DNA from: Candidatus Heimdallarchaeota archaeon
Lineage (GTDB): Archaea > Asgardarchaeota > Heimdallarchaeia > Heimdallarchaeales > Heimdallarchaeaceae
Length of the DNA: 64,000 nt
Reading direction: 5' to 3'
Assembly (NCBI GenBank): GCA_016839945.1
Contig: JAEOTE010000007.1
Location: 32,001 to 96,000 of the forward strand
In this document: positions 29,139 through 39,395 of the stretch, in pieces
Position numbering within the stretch: position 1 is the first letter of the stretch
Layout of the letters: every line of letters starts with the position of its first letter
Made by a program: the position numbers and the translations under genes
Notes under the pieces: generated by a model
Database searches by the model: none
What the model was told of the DNA's origin: nothing
Seen by the model: the letters and a program-made list of their open reading frames with translations, nothing else

Positions 29139-31094
29139 TCATAAAATACTTCCTCCTACATAGTATAACACAAATGTCAACAATATTACGAAAATGAATA
29201 GAGCTGCTAATTGAAGTTGTTTTCTTAACGAAGCTTGCTCAAGCTTAAGGAAAAATTTAGAAGTATTTACAAAAATTTTCTTGATAAATGGTCTTATATA
29301 ATCAGTTAATGAAATTGAGATAGCAGAAATAATTTTAGAGATAAATTTGATAATATTTTTTGCAGCAATTTGATACAAAAATCCTGCAATGATGATATCA
29401 TATGTCCAAACTGAGAGAGGTTTTATTATATTTAACCAAAACCAACTAGATGCATAGAATATAAAATCAAAGTAATATATGGATCTAATTGTTTTTCTTG
29501 CAGGCGCAAAGAAATTAAGTATTTTCTTATTCAGATCTGCTAAGAATTTTGAACTTATAAAATACAAAAGCAAGATTACAAAGTAAGAAACTATAAGTGG
29601 GATTACTGAGATAAGATAATCGCTAGCTAGCAAAATTATAACTGGAGCTATTGAATTTTGCAAGAAGAAAGTTGGGAAAAATGCACTTGTTAAGATGAGT
29701 ATTAAAACAAGGGAGATAATTGTAAACTTATGATTAGAGCTTAATACCATTTCGTTCCTTTTCTTCCAAATCCTTCTTAAGAAAATCAAACAAATGAAGA
29801 AAACTATAACAAGTGTTAGAAGCCCTCCAGACAATAATCCTATTGGTGCTAAAAGATTTGTTGAATAGAAGGAATATGTAAGAGTGACTAAAACACTATT
29901 GAATGGAATTACGCCTAACAAAGGAAGCAGTGCTAGAACAATCGCTGAAAAAATAATCAATAAGCTGGAAATACCAGATTTAGCATTTTCTAATTTTTTA
30001 TTTTCATTGATTTTTACTTGGATTGAAATAAGTATTAAGAGGATTCCAAAAACAAAAGGAAGTAGTGTCAATTGGTGAAGCGCAGCTGAATATAGTCCAG
30101 ATCCTATAGAAAAGAAGATCAATCCTATAAATGAAGATTGTAGGAGATATATAATGTCATATCCTTCGTTCAGAAAAACAGCTACAATTACTGAAAAAAG
30201 AGCTATGGCTAAACCAAACCAAATAATGAAGTTTCTAATAATATACATAATGTGAATAAATGGAGTACCGAAGAGAGTGAATAGCGAAAAGAGCATATAG
30301 ATATTTAGTATTAGGAATAGCCATTCGTTATTCCCTTTACAAACTTCAGATTTCCAGTTATGAAATGGGAAAAGGGAGCATTTTATTATTATTCCTATAA
30401 GAAGCAAAATACAGAGGTTTCTAAAATAAGGATTTGAAAGTATAAATTTGAATATAATGTCGTTATTGATTACTGAGAAATCAAAGGAATGAGACCTTCG
30501 AATTAATAATGCAATAGAGATGAATATAAAGATGTTTCCAAGAATGAAAGAAAAAACTAATGACTTGATTTTGTTCTTCTTCTGTTTTTGATCAAAAGTA
30601 GTTGAGAAATTAACGAAATCAATTATTAAAACATCTAGAACAAGATAAATTGCTAGAAATTGTAGAAAATTAGGAGAAAAAATGAGAAGAATACCTATTG
30701 TAAAAATAAGAAATACTCTCTCCAAATGTTTTATCTCAAGTTTAGGATTGTTCAAAGCTAAGTAATTTAAAATAAAAGGGAGAGCTAAGAAAATTGTTGC
30801 ATAAAAAACAACTTGAATCAAATCGATTCTAAAGCCAAACTCAATATTATATTGCTGAGATTCATAAAACTGAAAGATTGACAAAGGTTCTATTGTTGTC
30901 GTAAAATATGTATAAAGAAAGTATGAGACAAAGCTGATAGTAATTATTAGACTACAAATCATATATGAATACAGGTAAAATTTCTTAAGCTTTTCACCAT
31001 CAAAAAAGAATTTCAATAAAGTTATTCTTAAGATTGGGAATAACAAGAATAGACAAATTTGGATTGTTAAAAGCAAGGCACTAATACTTATCAT
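29139..31094 (-). CDS. NuoL/MrpA-like antiporter-fold membrane subunit (degenerate)
   Basis: FGFRID, KCSLFPFHNW, YYFDFIF, amphipathic C-terminal helix and final TM. Confidence 0.75.
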   Translation of the reverse strand: MISISALLLTIQICLFLLFPILRITLLKFFFDGEKLKKFYLYSYMICSLIITISFVSYFLYTYFTTTIEPLSIFQFYESQQYNIEFGFRIDLIQVVFYATIFLALPFILNYLALNNPKLEIKHLERVFLIFTIGILLIFSPNFLQFLAIYLVLDVLIIDFVNFSTTFDQKQKKNKIKSLVFSFILGNIFIFISIALLIRRSHSFDFSVINNDIIFKFILSNPYFRNLCILLLIGIIIKCSLFPFHNWKSEVCKGNNEWLFLILNIYMLFSLFTLFGTPFIHIMYIIRNFIIWFGLAIALFSVIVAVFLNEGYDIIYLLQSSFIGLIFFSIGSGLYSAALHQLTLLPFVFGILLILISIQVKINENKKLENAKSGISSLLIIFSAIVLALLPLLGVIPFNSVLVTLTYSFYSTNLLAPIGLLSGGLLTLVIVFFICLIFLRRIWKKRNEMVLSSNHKFTIISLVLILILTSAFFPTFFLQNSIAPVIILLASDYLISVIPLIVSYFVILLLYFISSKFLADLNKKILNFFAPARKTIRSIYYFDFIFYASSWFWLNIIKPLSVWTYDIIIAGFLYQIAAKNIIKFISKIISAISISLTDYIRPFIKKIFVNTSKFFLKLEQASLRKQLQLAALFIFVILLTFVLYYVGGSIL

Positions 31095-31359
31095 CTGTCA
31101 TTCCTTCTTTTTTTAATGAGAATAATAGTTGATCTCTAAAAACAAAAATGAATATTATCGAAAAAGCAACTAAACCAAGAATCACTAGAATAAAACTTTC
31201 AGCAGTAAAATTGACGCTAGAAATAATGAGTATTCCTGAAAGAAATATCAATAAAAATCCGAATATTAACCTGAATTTTGTTTTAAAAAATAGCATTAGT
31301 AAAATGCCTAAAACAAAACAAATGAATGATATTGCAATTACATAATTCAGGAATACCAA
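31081..31359 (-). CDS. Small 3-TM protein, NuoK/MrpC-like
   Basis: 92 aa, three hydrophobic helices, directly upstream of the NuoL-like gene; call rests on size and position. Confidence 0.5.
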   Translation of the reverse strand: MVFLNYVIAISFICFVLGILLMLFFKTKFRLIFGFLLIFLSGILIISSVNFTAESFILVILGLVAFSIIFIFVFRDQLLFSLKKEGMTDDKY

Positions 31360-32042
31360 GATTCTTCAGCTCTTTTTTGATTGTTTGACCTAAAATCTAA
31401 TGCAAGATAAATTGACATAATGATTAAGAAAACTAGTATAATAATTGAAAAAATAATTAGATTATTATTTTTGTCAAAAATATCAATTAACGAGTCTCCT
31501 TCAATCCAGACATTGAAAAATCCAGCAGATGAAGAAAATAAGATACTACATATGAGAATTACTGGAATAATCACTAATCCTAGTATTATCAAGTTAATGA
31601 AAAAATCAAGAGTGATTTTCGAGGTTTTCTTATCTTTGACTGGTTGTTCTTTAAATAGAGAATAAATTCCAACAGATAGAAAAAGTATGTAGGAAAAGAC
31701 TAAAGTTGCATAAAACATTATTTTTTGATTAAAAGACAGAAAAATAAAAGAGAAAGAAATGAAGGCGAATAACAACAATAAAGATCTATTCTTAGATTGT
31801 AACAATAATGCTCGTAAAGTAAAACTTATTCCGAAAATTGATCCAAAGTAAAAGAATAGATCTTCTCCATTTATTACGAATAAAATAATCATTACAACAA
31901 GAGAAATAATTAATGAACTCTTAATGATGAGCCAATATTTCTTTTTTAATTTTGTTAAGTTTGGAATCACTATAATTAGAATCAATAAAAATCCACATAT
32001 CGACACTAGTAATGTGGAGAGATCAAGCAAGATTCCAAACAT
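31347..32042 (-). CDS. Multi-TM membrane protein, possibly NuoJ-like
   Basis: About 7 hydrophobic helices; first gene of the overlapping J-K-L-N-like operon. Confidence 0.45.
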   Translation of the reverse strand: MFGILLDLSTLLVSICGFLLILIIVIPNLTKLKKKYWLIIKSSLIISLVVMIILFVINGEDLFFYFGSIFGISFTLRALLLQSKNRSLLLLFAFISFSFIFLSFNQKIMFYATLVFSYILFLSVGIYSLFKEQPVKDKKTSKITLDFFINLIILGLVIIPVILICSILFSSSAGFFNVWIEGDSLIDIFDKNNNLIIFSIIILVFLIIMSIYLALDFRSNNQKRAEESWYS

Positions 32043-32098
32043 TTCAAACCATAAAAGTATAAAGAAAAGAAGGATAAAAACCTTTAGGAATCTTGTTA

Positions 32099-32893
32099 TC
32101 AGGAATTAGGTTTTCTTTTCTTCCGTTTCTTAAATTTGTTAAATATTAGAAAGGTTATGGTTACAATCATCAGGAAACTTATAGTATTGCTGAAAAAGCT
32201 TGTCTCCAAAAGTTCCTCGATTAAATTGCTTGAAGTAAATAGTGGAACTGAAATGTTATAACCTGGGAAACCTGGCATTTCTGGGTAAAGAGGATTATCG
32301 TCTCCAAAAGTTGTGAAGTTACCTAAAGTATAATTTAGACCATAATCTATTCTATACTGAAGATTTGCACCTGTATATTTTGTTAGATTTACATAATAAA
32401 TTGGAGTGTTAAAATCTAATACAGAGGCATAAGAAGAATAATCAGGATCAGGATAGTATAGTACTTCCCACTTTGCTGGGGATCCGTCAGGTATTCTTAA
32501 TCTCCATCTTGCATTGACTGTAATTTTATATAAATTGATTTGTGCTGTAGTATAGTTTAGATGTGATGTATCAACAAAAGTGTTACCATAAAAGCCATAG
32601 TAAACATCTGTTTCTTCATCTTCGTCTGTATCCAAACCAAGTAAACCAAAATATAGGTTTGGTCTTTCATATCCTCCTACTGATTCATTCAAACCCATTT
32701 CTTCTCTTTCATTAGGTCCAATGATTATAAATCTGTTTTCGTCACCCGTAACTCTCATATGGCCTTCGAAATCCCAGATGTCTTCCTCTTCTTCGTCTTC
32801 TTGAGCATAGGAAATTAAAGATACAGCACTGAACATTGACACTATCATAATTGTTGATAAGAAAATACTAAGCCATATTATCTTTGTTTTCAT
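32099..32893 (-). CDS. Secreted, C-terminally anchored surface protein (paralog of 32890-33717)
   Basis: N-terminal signal peptide, acidic DxDxD loop, N-x-S/T sequons, C-terminal TM and KKRKKRK tail. Confidence 0.75.
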   Translation of the reverse strand: MKTKIIWLSIFLSTIMIVSMFSAVSLISYAQEDEEEEDIWDFEGHMRVTGDENRFIIIGPNEREEMGLNESVGGYERPNLYFGLLGLDTDEDEETDVYYGFYGNTFVDTSHLNYTTAQINLYKITVNARWRLRIPDGSPAKWEVLYYPDPDYSSYASVLDFNTPIYYVNLTKYTGANLQYRIDYGLNYTLGNFTTFGDDNPLYPEMPGFPGYNISVPLFTSSNLIEELLETSFFSNTISFLMIVTITFLIFNKFKKRKKRKPNS

Positions 32894-33717
32894 CTTTTTC
32901 TCCTCCTTTTCGTGTAAACAAGCGTATAAATTGCAATGATAGTTGAAAACGATATTATAACAGACAAAAATGGAAAACCAACGCTAAAACTATGAGTTCG
33001 TGGTAAAGATGAACGTTCAACGTTTTCTGCTACAGTTAAATTATAAAATGGCCATTCATATGCAGTTGTGTTTCTTTCATTAGTGAATGCAGGTAATGGA
33101 TTCTCTGGTCCATATGTTGTAAAATTACCATTGACAAGAGTACCATCTTCATAAATTATTTGCCAAAAACCAACAGGGCCTACAACCAGTGTAAAATCAA
33201 CTAAATGAACTGGGAATCTTAAATCCGAACCAGTCCAGATTTCTGGTAAAGTTACAAGTGGTGAATCTAATTTATCTACAATTTGGTCATAGATATCTTG
33301 AGTTTTATTATCAAAAGTACCTACATTTGCAGGTGTTATATCCTTCCATTCTAATCCACTTGCTTCATTAATAGCAAAACTATAATTACCTCCATTTCCT
33401 TGAACTTTTGTTTCTTCAAAGAAATCGGAGAAACTGGGAGCATTTCTGATCGATTGTATTCCATAGAGAGCCACTATAATATCTACAAGGCCATCATCAG
33501 TTTGATCTAAAGCATACACAAAAGTGCGAATTCTAAAAGGATCCTCGATCAAACTTGGGATTGCAATTTGACGGTGTTTTGGGTAATGTCTTACACCAGT
33601 ATATGCCCATTCAATTTCGTCATACAATCCTGCTTGCAAATTGGGTGTAATAAAGAACATTGGTACCATTAGTGAAAAAATTATTATTGAACACATTATT
33701 TTGGATAATCTCAACAT
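32890..33717 (-). CDS. Secreted, C-terminally anchored surface protein
   Basis: Signal peptide, GNFTTYGPENPL shared with neighbour, C-terminal TM and KRRRKR tail; ATGA overlap. Confidence 0.75.
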   Translation of the reverse strand: MLRLSKIMCSIIIFSLMVPMFFITPNLQAGLYDEIEWAYTGVRHYPKHRQIAIPSLIEDPFRIRTFVYALDQTDDGLVDIIVALYGIQSIRNAPSFSDFFEETKVQGNGGNYSFAINEASGLEWKDITPANVGTFDNKTQDIYDQIVDKLDSPLVTLPEIWTGSDLRFPVHLVDFTLVVGPVGFWQIIYEDGTLVNGNFTTYGPENPLPAFTNERNTTAYEWPFYNLTVAENVERSSLPRTHSFSVGFPFLSVIISFSTIIAIYTLVYTKRRRKR

Positions 33718-33854
33718 CTTTCCTCCAAATCAACTCTCTACAACTAAGGTTTAAGTGACATTTATAAAGATTATTGAATTGAGTAGATAATAGGATTAGC
33801 GTTGTTTCATCATAACTCTTAAATCGTTTAAAAAAATCCTTGAACTAGGAACCC

Positions 33855-35669
33855 ATGTCTTGGCTTGAAAAAAGAAAACGAACACATTCCGCTAGAAAAA
33901 TATTTGGGGTTATCTTTCCATATATTTCTAAAAGGAAATTGTTTTTTACTTTTGTTGGCATAGTTTCTTTTCTTGCTGCAGGAATCGGATTAGCTACTCC
34001 TCTACTAATCAGAGAAGCCATTAACACAGCGATTCCACAAGAAAAAATTGGATTAGTATGGATTATTGGTGGTAGTATTTTTGTTGCAGCATTAATAGGA
34101 GGAGTAATGGTATTTCTCTCTAGATTTTATGCATCGCTTTTTGCACAGAAAGTTATATTCGAATTAAGAAATGATATCTACGAAATTTTGCAGCAATTAA
34201 GTCTTGATTTCTTTGATGATGAGAATACAGGACAAATTATGACAAGAGTTACTACAGATCTTAATGCCATACAGTCATTTGTAAGTTTCACAGTTCGTTT
34301 GATCATGAATGGGATTATAATGTTTGTTGGAGCTTATATTGCGATGCTAATCATGAGCTGGAAGCTAGGATTGATTCTTGTTGCATTATTTCCTGGTTTT
34401 ATATGGTTGATTTATTGGTTCAGCAAAAACGTGAGACCTTTATTTTATCAAGCAAGAAGACAGTTTGGAGATGTAACTTCAATCCTTCAAGAAAATGTAA
34501 CAGGAGCACATGTTGTTAGAGGATTTGCTCAAGAAGAAAATGAAATCGCTAAGTTTGATAATTCCAATACGATATATAGAGATTTAAGAATTAAAACACA
34601 AGTATATCGTGCAATCTACTTCTCAATTATGACTTTATTAATTGGTGTTGGAACAACTTTAGTTCTTGTTGTTGGTGGAATAGCTACAATTAATAACCAG
34701 ATGGAGCTAGGAGATTTTATTGCTTTTATAGCATATTTAGCATTATTACCAGGTCCAACAAGGCAGCTTACATGGTTAGTGGGAATCATTCAGAGAGCTT
34801 TAGCAAGTGGAGATCGAATAATAGAGTTAATTGAAGCTAAAAAAGAAGTTCAAGAAGATCCGAATGCAATTGAACCACCAACATTCAAAGGAAAAATATC
34901 TTATGAAGAAGTATCGTTTGAGTATGATAAAGGAAGACCTATTTTATCAGATTTGAGTATAACGATACCATCGAGTCAGAAAATTGTTATTCTTGGAGGT
35001 ACAGGAAGTGGAAAAAGTAGTTTTGTTAATTTACTTTCGCGTTTTTATGATCCTACTTATGGTATAATCAAAATCGATGATGTTGATATTAAGAAATATA
35101 AATTGAAAAAAATGAGAAGACAAATAGGTTTGGTTCTCCAAGAAACATACTTGTTTAATGCAACAATTAAGGAGAATATAGCTTTTGGAAAGCCAGATGC
35201 AAGTGATGAAGAAATCATAGAAGCTGCAAAAACTGCTAAGATATATGATTTTATTGCTAGCTTACCAGATGAATATGAAACAAGAGTGGGAGATAGAGGG
35301 ATCACATTAAGCGGTGGTCAAAAACAACGTCTTTCAATAGCTAGAACATTACTTACTAATCCTTCAATCTTGATTTTTGATGATTCAACTGCTTCAGTTG
35401 ATGCAGAAACAGAAGCACATATACAAGAAGCATTGGATATTCTAAGTAAAGGAAGAACTACAATAATTATATCACAAAGAATTTCTTCTGTTCATTATGC
35501 TGATAGAATTCTTGTTTTCGAGGAAGGTAAAATAGTTCAAGATGGCAATCATGATGACTTAATCAGTAGTGTAGGTATTTATCAAGAGATATACAGAACT
35601 CTTGCTGAGAGTATGCAGAAAGTGAGTGATACTATAGATACAAAAGAAGTTGTAAGAGGTGATGATTAA
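33855..35669 (+). CDS. Heterodimeric ABC exporter, TMD-NBD subunit with degenerate catalytic residues
   Basis: GGTGSGKS, LSGGQ, Walker B IFDD (no Glu), switch SQR (no His), as in TM287-type subunits. Confidence 0.92.
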   Translation: MSWLEKRKRTHSARKIFGVIFPYISKRKLFFTFVGIVSFLAAGIGLATPLLIREAINTAIPQEKIGLVWIIGGSIFVAALIGGVMVFLSRFYASLFAQKVIFELRNDIYEILQQLSLDFFDDENTGQIMTRVTTDLNAIQSFVSFTVRLIMNGIIMFVGAYIAMLIMSWKLGLILVALFPGFIWLIYWFSKNVRPLFYQARRQFGDVTSILQENVTGAHVVRGFAQEENEIAKFDNSNTIYRDLRIKTQVYRAIYFSIMTLLIGVGTTLVLVVGGIATINNQMELGDFIAFIAYLALLPGPTRQLTWLVGIIQRALASGDRIIELIEAKKEVQEDPNAIEPPTFKGKISYEEVSFEYDKGRPILSDLSITIPSSQKIVILGGTGSGKSSFVNLLSRFYDPTYGIIKIDDVDIKKYKLKKMRRQIGLVLQETYLFNATIKENIAFGKPDASDEEIIEAAKTAKIYDFIASLPDEYETRVGDRGITLSGGQKQRLSIARTLLTNPSILIFDDSTASVDAETEAHIQEALDILSKGRTTIIISQRISSVHYADRILVFEEGKIVQDGNHDDLISSVGIYQEIYRTLAESMQKVSDTIDTKEVVRGDD

Positions 35670-37477
35670 TGGGTTGGTTACTTCATTACATGGCAAGAGA
35701 AGAAGAAGAGCGTGAAAGGAAATATTCAGACTGGACTCTTTTTAAAAGAGTTTTTGGTATGTTTAGATATTATAAAACTGAAGCTGCAGCTGTAGCTGCT
35801 ATTGTTTTAACTGCATCACTTTTTTCTTCCTTAATTCCTATACTCATGCAAAGAACAATCGATTATTTCATACAACCTGGAACAAAGGATTTTGTAAATG
35901 AATTAATGATTATGGGTGGGTTATATCTTCTATTCATCATACTAAACTTTGTACTCATTTTAACTAGAACTATTTTCTTTGCAAAGCTAGGACAAAAAAT
36001 GATCTATAGAATAAGAAATGATGTTTTTACTAAATTACAATATCTTTCATTTGACTATTTCACTGAAACAGAATCTGGTAGAACAATTTCTAAAGTTACA
36101 AATGATGTAGATGCACTTGGTGAACTATTAACTACTGGAATAATAGATATTTTTGCTGATTTTTTTGGGTTAATTTGGATATTAGTGATAATGTTTCTTT
36201 ATGATATTCAAATGACACTTCTGACATTTACAGTTATACCAATACTCCTTATTATTGCAATTTTCTTTCAGAAAAGAGTCAGAGCTGCTTATCGAAGAAC
36301 AAGAGTTGCAATTGCAAAAGTTACTGCTAACTTACAAGAAACAATTTCAGGTGTTAGAGTGACTAAGGCTTTATCTAGAGAAGGGGAAAATATTGAAAGG
36401 TTCAGGGATCTGAATCAAGAGAATTTTGCGGCCAATGTTCAGGCTGCAGGAGTATCCTCTCTTTTCATGCCTATTATACAAATAATTGCAGCCCTAGGAA
36501 GTACAATAGTCATTATATTTGGAGGATATGCTGTAATCTCTCTTGGTACTATAACCTATGGTGAACTTTACGCATTTTTAGAGTACTCAAATAGATTCTT
36601 TATGCCTGTGATAAGTTTATTCACGTTTTACACAATCATTCAATCAGGTTTCGCAGCAGCAGAAAGAATCTTTGAAATAGTAGATGAGGAACCAAGTGTA
36701 AAAAATCACTCTAATCCATTCAAACCAAAAGAAATAAACGGTCATTTGGAACTACATTCAGTTGACTTTAGATATCAAGAAAATGTCCCTGTATTAAAGA
36801 ACATCAATTTGGTCATAAATCAAGGAGAGAGCATAGCTTTAGTTGGTCAAACAGGAGCTGGAAAAACGACGATTACGAAGCTCTTATCTCGTTACTATGA
36901 TGTTTCTGAAGGAGAAGTTCTAGTGGATGGAAGGGATATAAAAGAAATAGACTTGGAGATATTAAGAAAAAACATAGCGATTGTTCCCCAAGATGTTTAC
37001 TTATTCAGTGGAACGATTATGGAGAATCTCAAGTTTGGGAAGAAAGAAGCAATGGATGATGAGGTTTTCGATGTTTGTTTAATCTTGGGATTGCATGATT
37101 ATATTCTAAGACTTCCAGAAGGATATGAGACAGATGTAAAAGAAGGCGGGTCTAGATTGTCATTAGGACAAAGGCAACTTATATCCCTTGCAAGAGCTGT
37201 TGTAGCTGATCCAAGTATTTTGATTCTTGATGAATGTAGTAGTTCTGTCGATCCCATTACAGAAGCTTTAATTCAAAAAGGAATAAATTTCATTCTCAAG
37301 GAGAGAACATCAATAATCATAGCCCATAGACTTTCAACTATCAAAAATGCTTCCAAAATTGTAGTTCTAGAAGATGGGGAGATTATTGAAGAGGGAACAC
37401 ATGAAAAATTACTTTTAAAGAAAGGAAAATATTATGATCTTTATGAGACACAGCTTACTAGTAACATAATTAACTAA
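35669..37477 (+). CDS. Heterodimeric ABC exporter, TMD-NBD subunit with consensus catalytic residues
   Basis: GQTGAGKT, LSLGQ, ILDE, AHR; TAATG overlap. Confidence 0.92.
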   Translation: MGWLLHYMAREEEERERKYSDWTLFKRVFGMFRYYKTEAAAVAAIVLTASLFSSLIPILMQRTIDYFIQPGTKDFVNELMIMGGLYLLFIILNFVLILTRTIFFAKLGQKMIYRIRNDVFTKLQYLSFDYFTETESGRTISKVTNDVDALGELLTTGIIDIFADFFGLIWILVIMFLYDIQMTLLTFTVIPILLIIAIFFQKRVRAAYRRTRVAIAKVTANLQETISGVRVTKALSREGENIERFRDLNQENFAANVQAAGVSSLFMPIIQIIAALGSTIVIIFGGYAVISLGTITYGELYAFLEYSNRFFMPVISLFTFYTIIQSGFAAAERIFEIVDEEPSVKNHSNPFKPKEINGHLELHSVDFRYQENVPVLKNINLVINQGESIALVGQTGAGKTTITKLLSRYYDVSEGEVLVDGRDIKEIDLEILRKNIAIVPQDVYLFSGTIMENLKFGKKEAMDDEVFDVCLILGLHDYILRLPEGYETDVKEGGSRLSLGQRQLISLARAVVADPSILILDECSSSVDPITEALIQKGINFILKERTSIIIAHRLSTIKNASKIVVLEDGEIIEEGTHEKLLLKKGKYYDLYETQLTSNIIN

Positions 37478-37540
37478 CACATAGTTCTATTCATTACAAA
37501 ATCTTTTTTACTATACTTTTTCTTTGAATAGTAGATATAA

Positions 37541-39391
37541 ATGGCTAAATTATCTGAATTAACTGCAAATGAAGATAAAAGAGTTTTATGTTTAGGAAAC
37601 GAAGCAATTGCTAGAGGAGCTATTGAAGCTGGAGTTCAAGTGTTTGCTGCTTATCCTGGAACTCCTAGCAGTGAAATAAGTATGGCACTTAATGCAGCTG
37701 CACCAGAACTCGGTTTTTATGCTGAATGGAGCACAAATGAAAAAGTAGCAATGGAGGTAGCTTTTGCAGCATCTATAAGTGGAATCAGAGCAATGACTGC
37801 TTGTAAACATGTTGGTTTGAATGTTGCTGCTGATGTTTTTTATTCCTTCATGTATATGGGATGTAAAGGTGGATTTGTAACAGTAGTAGGAGATGATCCT
37901 CATTGCTTCAGTAGTCAAAATGAACAAGATTCAAGATGGTTAGGTGTATCAGCAAACTTTCCAATTATTGAACCATCTAATCCTCATGAAGCAAAAGAAT
38001 TTACAAAACTAGCTTTCGAAATTAGTGAAAAATTTGAAATTCCAATGTTACTTAGATCAACTACAAGAATTTCGCATGCTAGAGCAGATGTTCAATTTAA
38101 CAAATATGAATCAAATTTCAAAGATGGAGAATTTGAAAAAACCTCTCGATTTAAGTGCTTACCTGCGATAGCTAGAGCAAATCATCCTAAATTATTGGAA
38201 AAAATTGAAAAAATCAAAGAATGGATTCCTGAGAGTGGTCTAACAGTAGTTGAAGACTGTTCCGATAATAAATTTGGTATAATAACTTCAGGAATATCAT
38301 ATGCGTATGTCAAGGATGCGTTAAAGGAATTGAAATTAGATGTATCCATTTTGAAACTAGGTATGGTTTCTCCACTTGATGAGGAATCAATTATTAAATT
38401 TTCAAAAGATAAAGAAAATATTATTTTCATAGAGGAAGTTGATCCATACCTAGAGGACAGAATATCAGCATTATTAATTCAGAATAATTTGTATCCAAAA
38501 ATACATGGAAAGTGTTCTGGAGCAACTAAACGTTATCATGAATTGAATTATAGAATTGTAGCAGAAGCTCTATCGAAAATAATAGGAGGAGAAATCCCAT
38601 CAGTTGCCGAAATAGAGGAAGCAGTTGAAGGAACTAAAGAATTTATTCCATTCAGACCTCCTTTATTCTGTGCAGGTTGTCAACATAGAGCTGCATTTTA
38701 TGAACTTTCCAAAGTTGTTAGAAAGAATAATGGTATTTTCTCGTCAGATATTGGTTGTTATTCCTTGGATCCTTGGGTAACAGATACAATTGTCTGCATG
38801 GGGGCTTCTATTGGAATGGCAAATGGTTTCGCTCGAGTGATAAAGGATAAACCCATTTTTGCGATAATTGGAGATTCTACATTCTTCCATACAGGTCTTC
38901 CTGCTTTAGCAAATGCAGTATATCATAAAGCAAATTTCAATATTTTAATTTTAGATAACAGGATGACTGCAATGACAGGTTTCCAACCGAATCCTACTGA
39001 AAGTATTCCCATAGAAGATGTAGTTAAAGGAATGGGAGTAGAATATATAGTTGAGTTTGATCCTTATGATTTCGAAAATGGAAAAAAAACAATCGAAGAA
39101 GCTCTGAAGCATGAAGGTCCCACCGTTATAATCATGAGAAAAATATGTGCTAATGAGTGGTGGAGAACGCAAAGAAGGAAGGGTGAGAAGATTGAAGTTT
39201 ATTCAATTGATCCAGAAATATGCATTGCTTGTGGTACATGCATAGTGCAATATCAATGTCCAGCAATTTCATGGAGTTTGGATACCAATACAAAAGGGAA
39301 AAAATATTCTGTCATAGATCCTTCAATGTGTACTGGATGTTCAGTTTGTTCTCAAATATGTCCTGTAAAAGCAATTTCAAAGGTAGAGTGA
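37541..39391 (+). CDS. iorA: Indolepyruvate:ferredoxin oxidoreductase alpha subunit
   Basis: GNEAIARG, YPGTPSSE, KHVGLNVAAD, SSQNEQD, DIGCY, GDSTFFH, two C-terminal 4Fe-4S motifs. Confidence 0.96.
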   Translation: MAKLSELTANEDKRVLCLGNEAIARGAIEAGVQVFAAYPGTPSSEISMALNAAAPELGFYAEWSTNEKVAMEVAFAASISGIRAMTACKHVGLNVAADVFYSFMYMGCKGGFVTVVGDDPHCFSSQNEQDSRWLGVSANFPIIEPSNPHEAKEFTKLAFEISEKFEIPMLLRSTTRISHARADVQFNKYESNFKDGEFEKTSRFKCLPAIARANHPKLLEKIEKIKEWIPESGLTVVEDCSDNKFGIITSGISYAYVKDALKELKLDVSILKLGMVSPLDEESIIKFSKDKENIIFIEEVDPYLEDRISALLIQNNLYPKIHGKCSGATKRYHELNYRIVAEALSKIIGGEIPSVAEIEEAVEGTKEFIPFRPPLFCAGCQHRAAFYELSKVVRKNNGIFSSDIGCYSLDPWVTDTIVCMGASIGMANGFARVIKDKPIFAIIGDSTFFHTGLPALANAVYHKANFNILILDNRMTAMTGFQPNPTESIPIEDVVKGMGVEYIVEFDPYDFENGKKTIEEALKHEGPTVIIMRKICANEWWRTQRRKGEKIEVYSIDPEICIACGTCIVQYQCPAISWSLDTNTKGKKYSVIDPSMCTGCSVCSQICPVKAISKVE

Positions 39392-39395
39392 TAAA

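Noticed and set aside
33855-37477. Missing catalytic Glu/His in one ABC subunit
   Set aside because: Normal asymmetry of heterodimeric exporters, not novel
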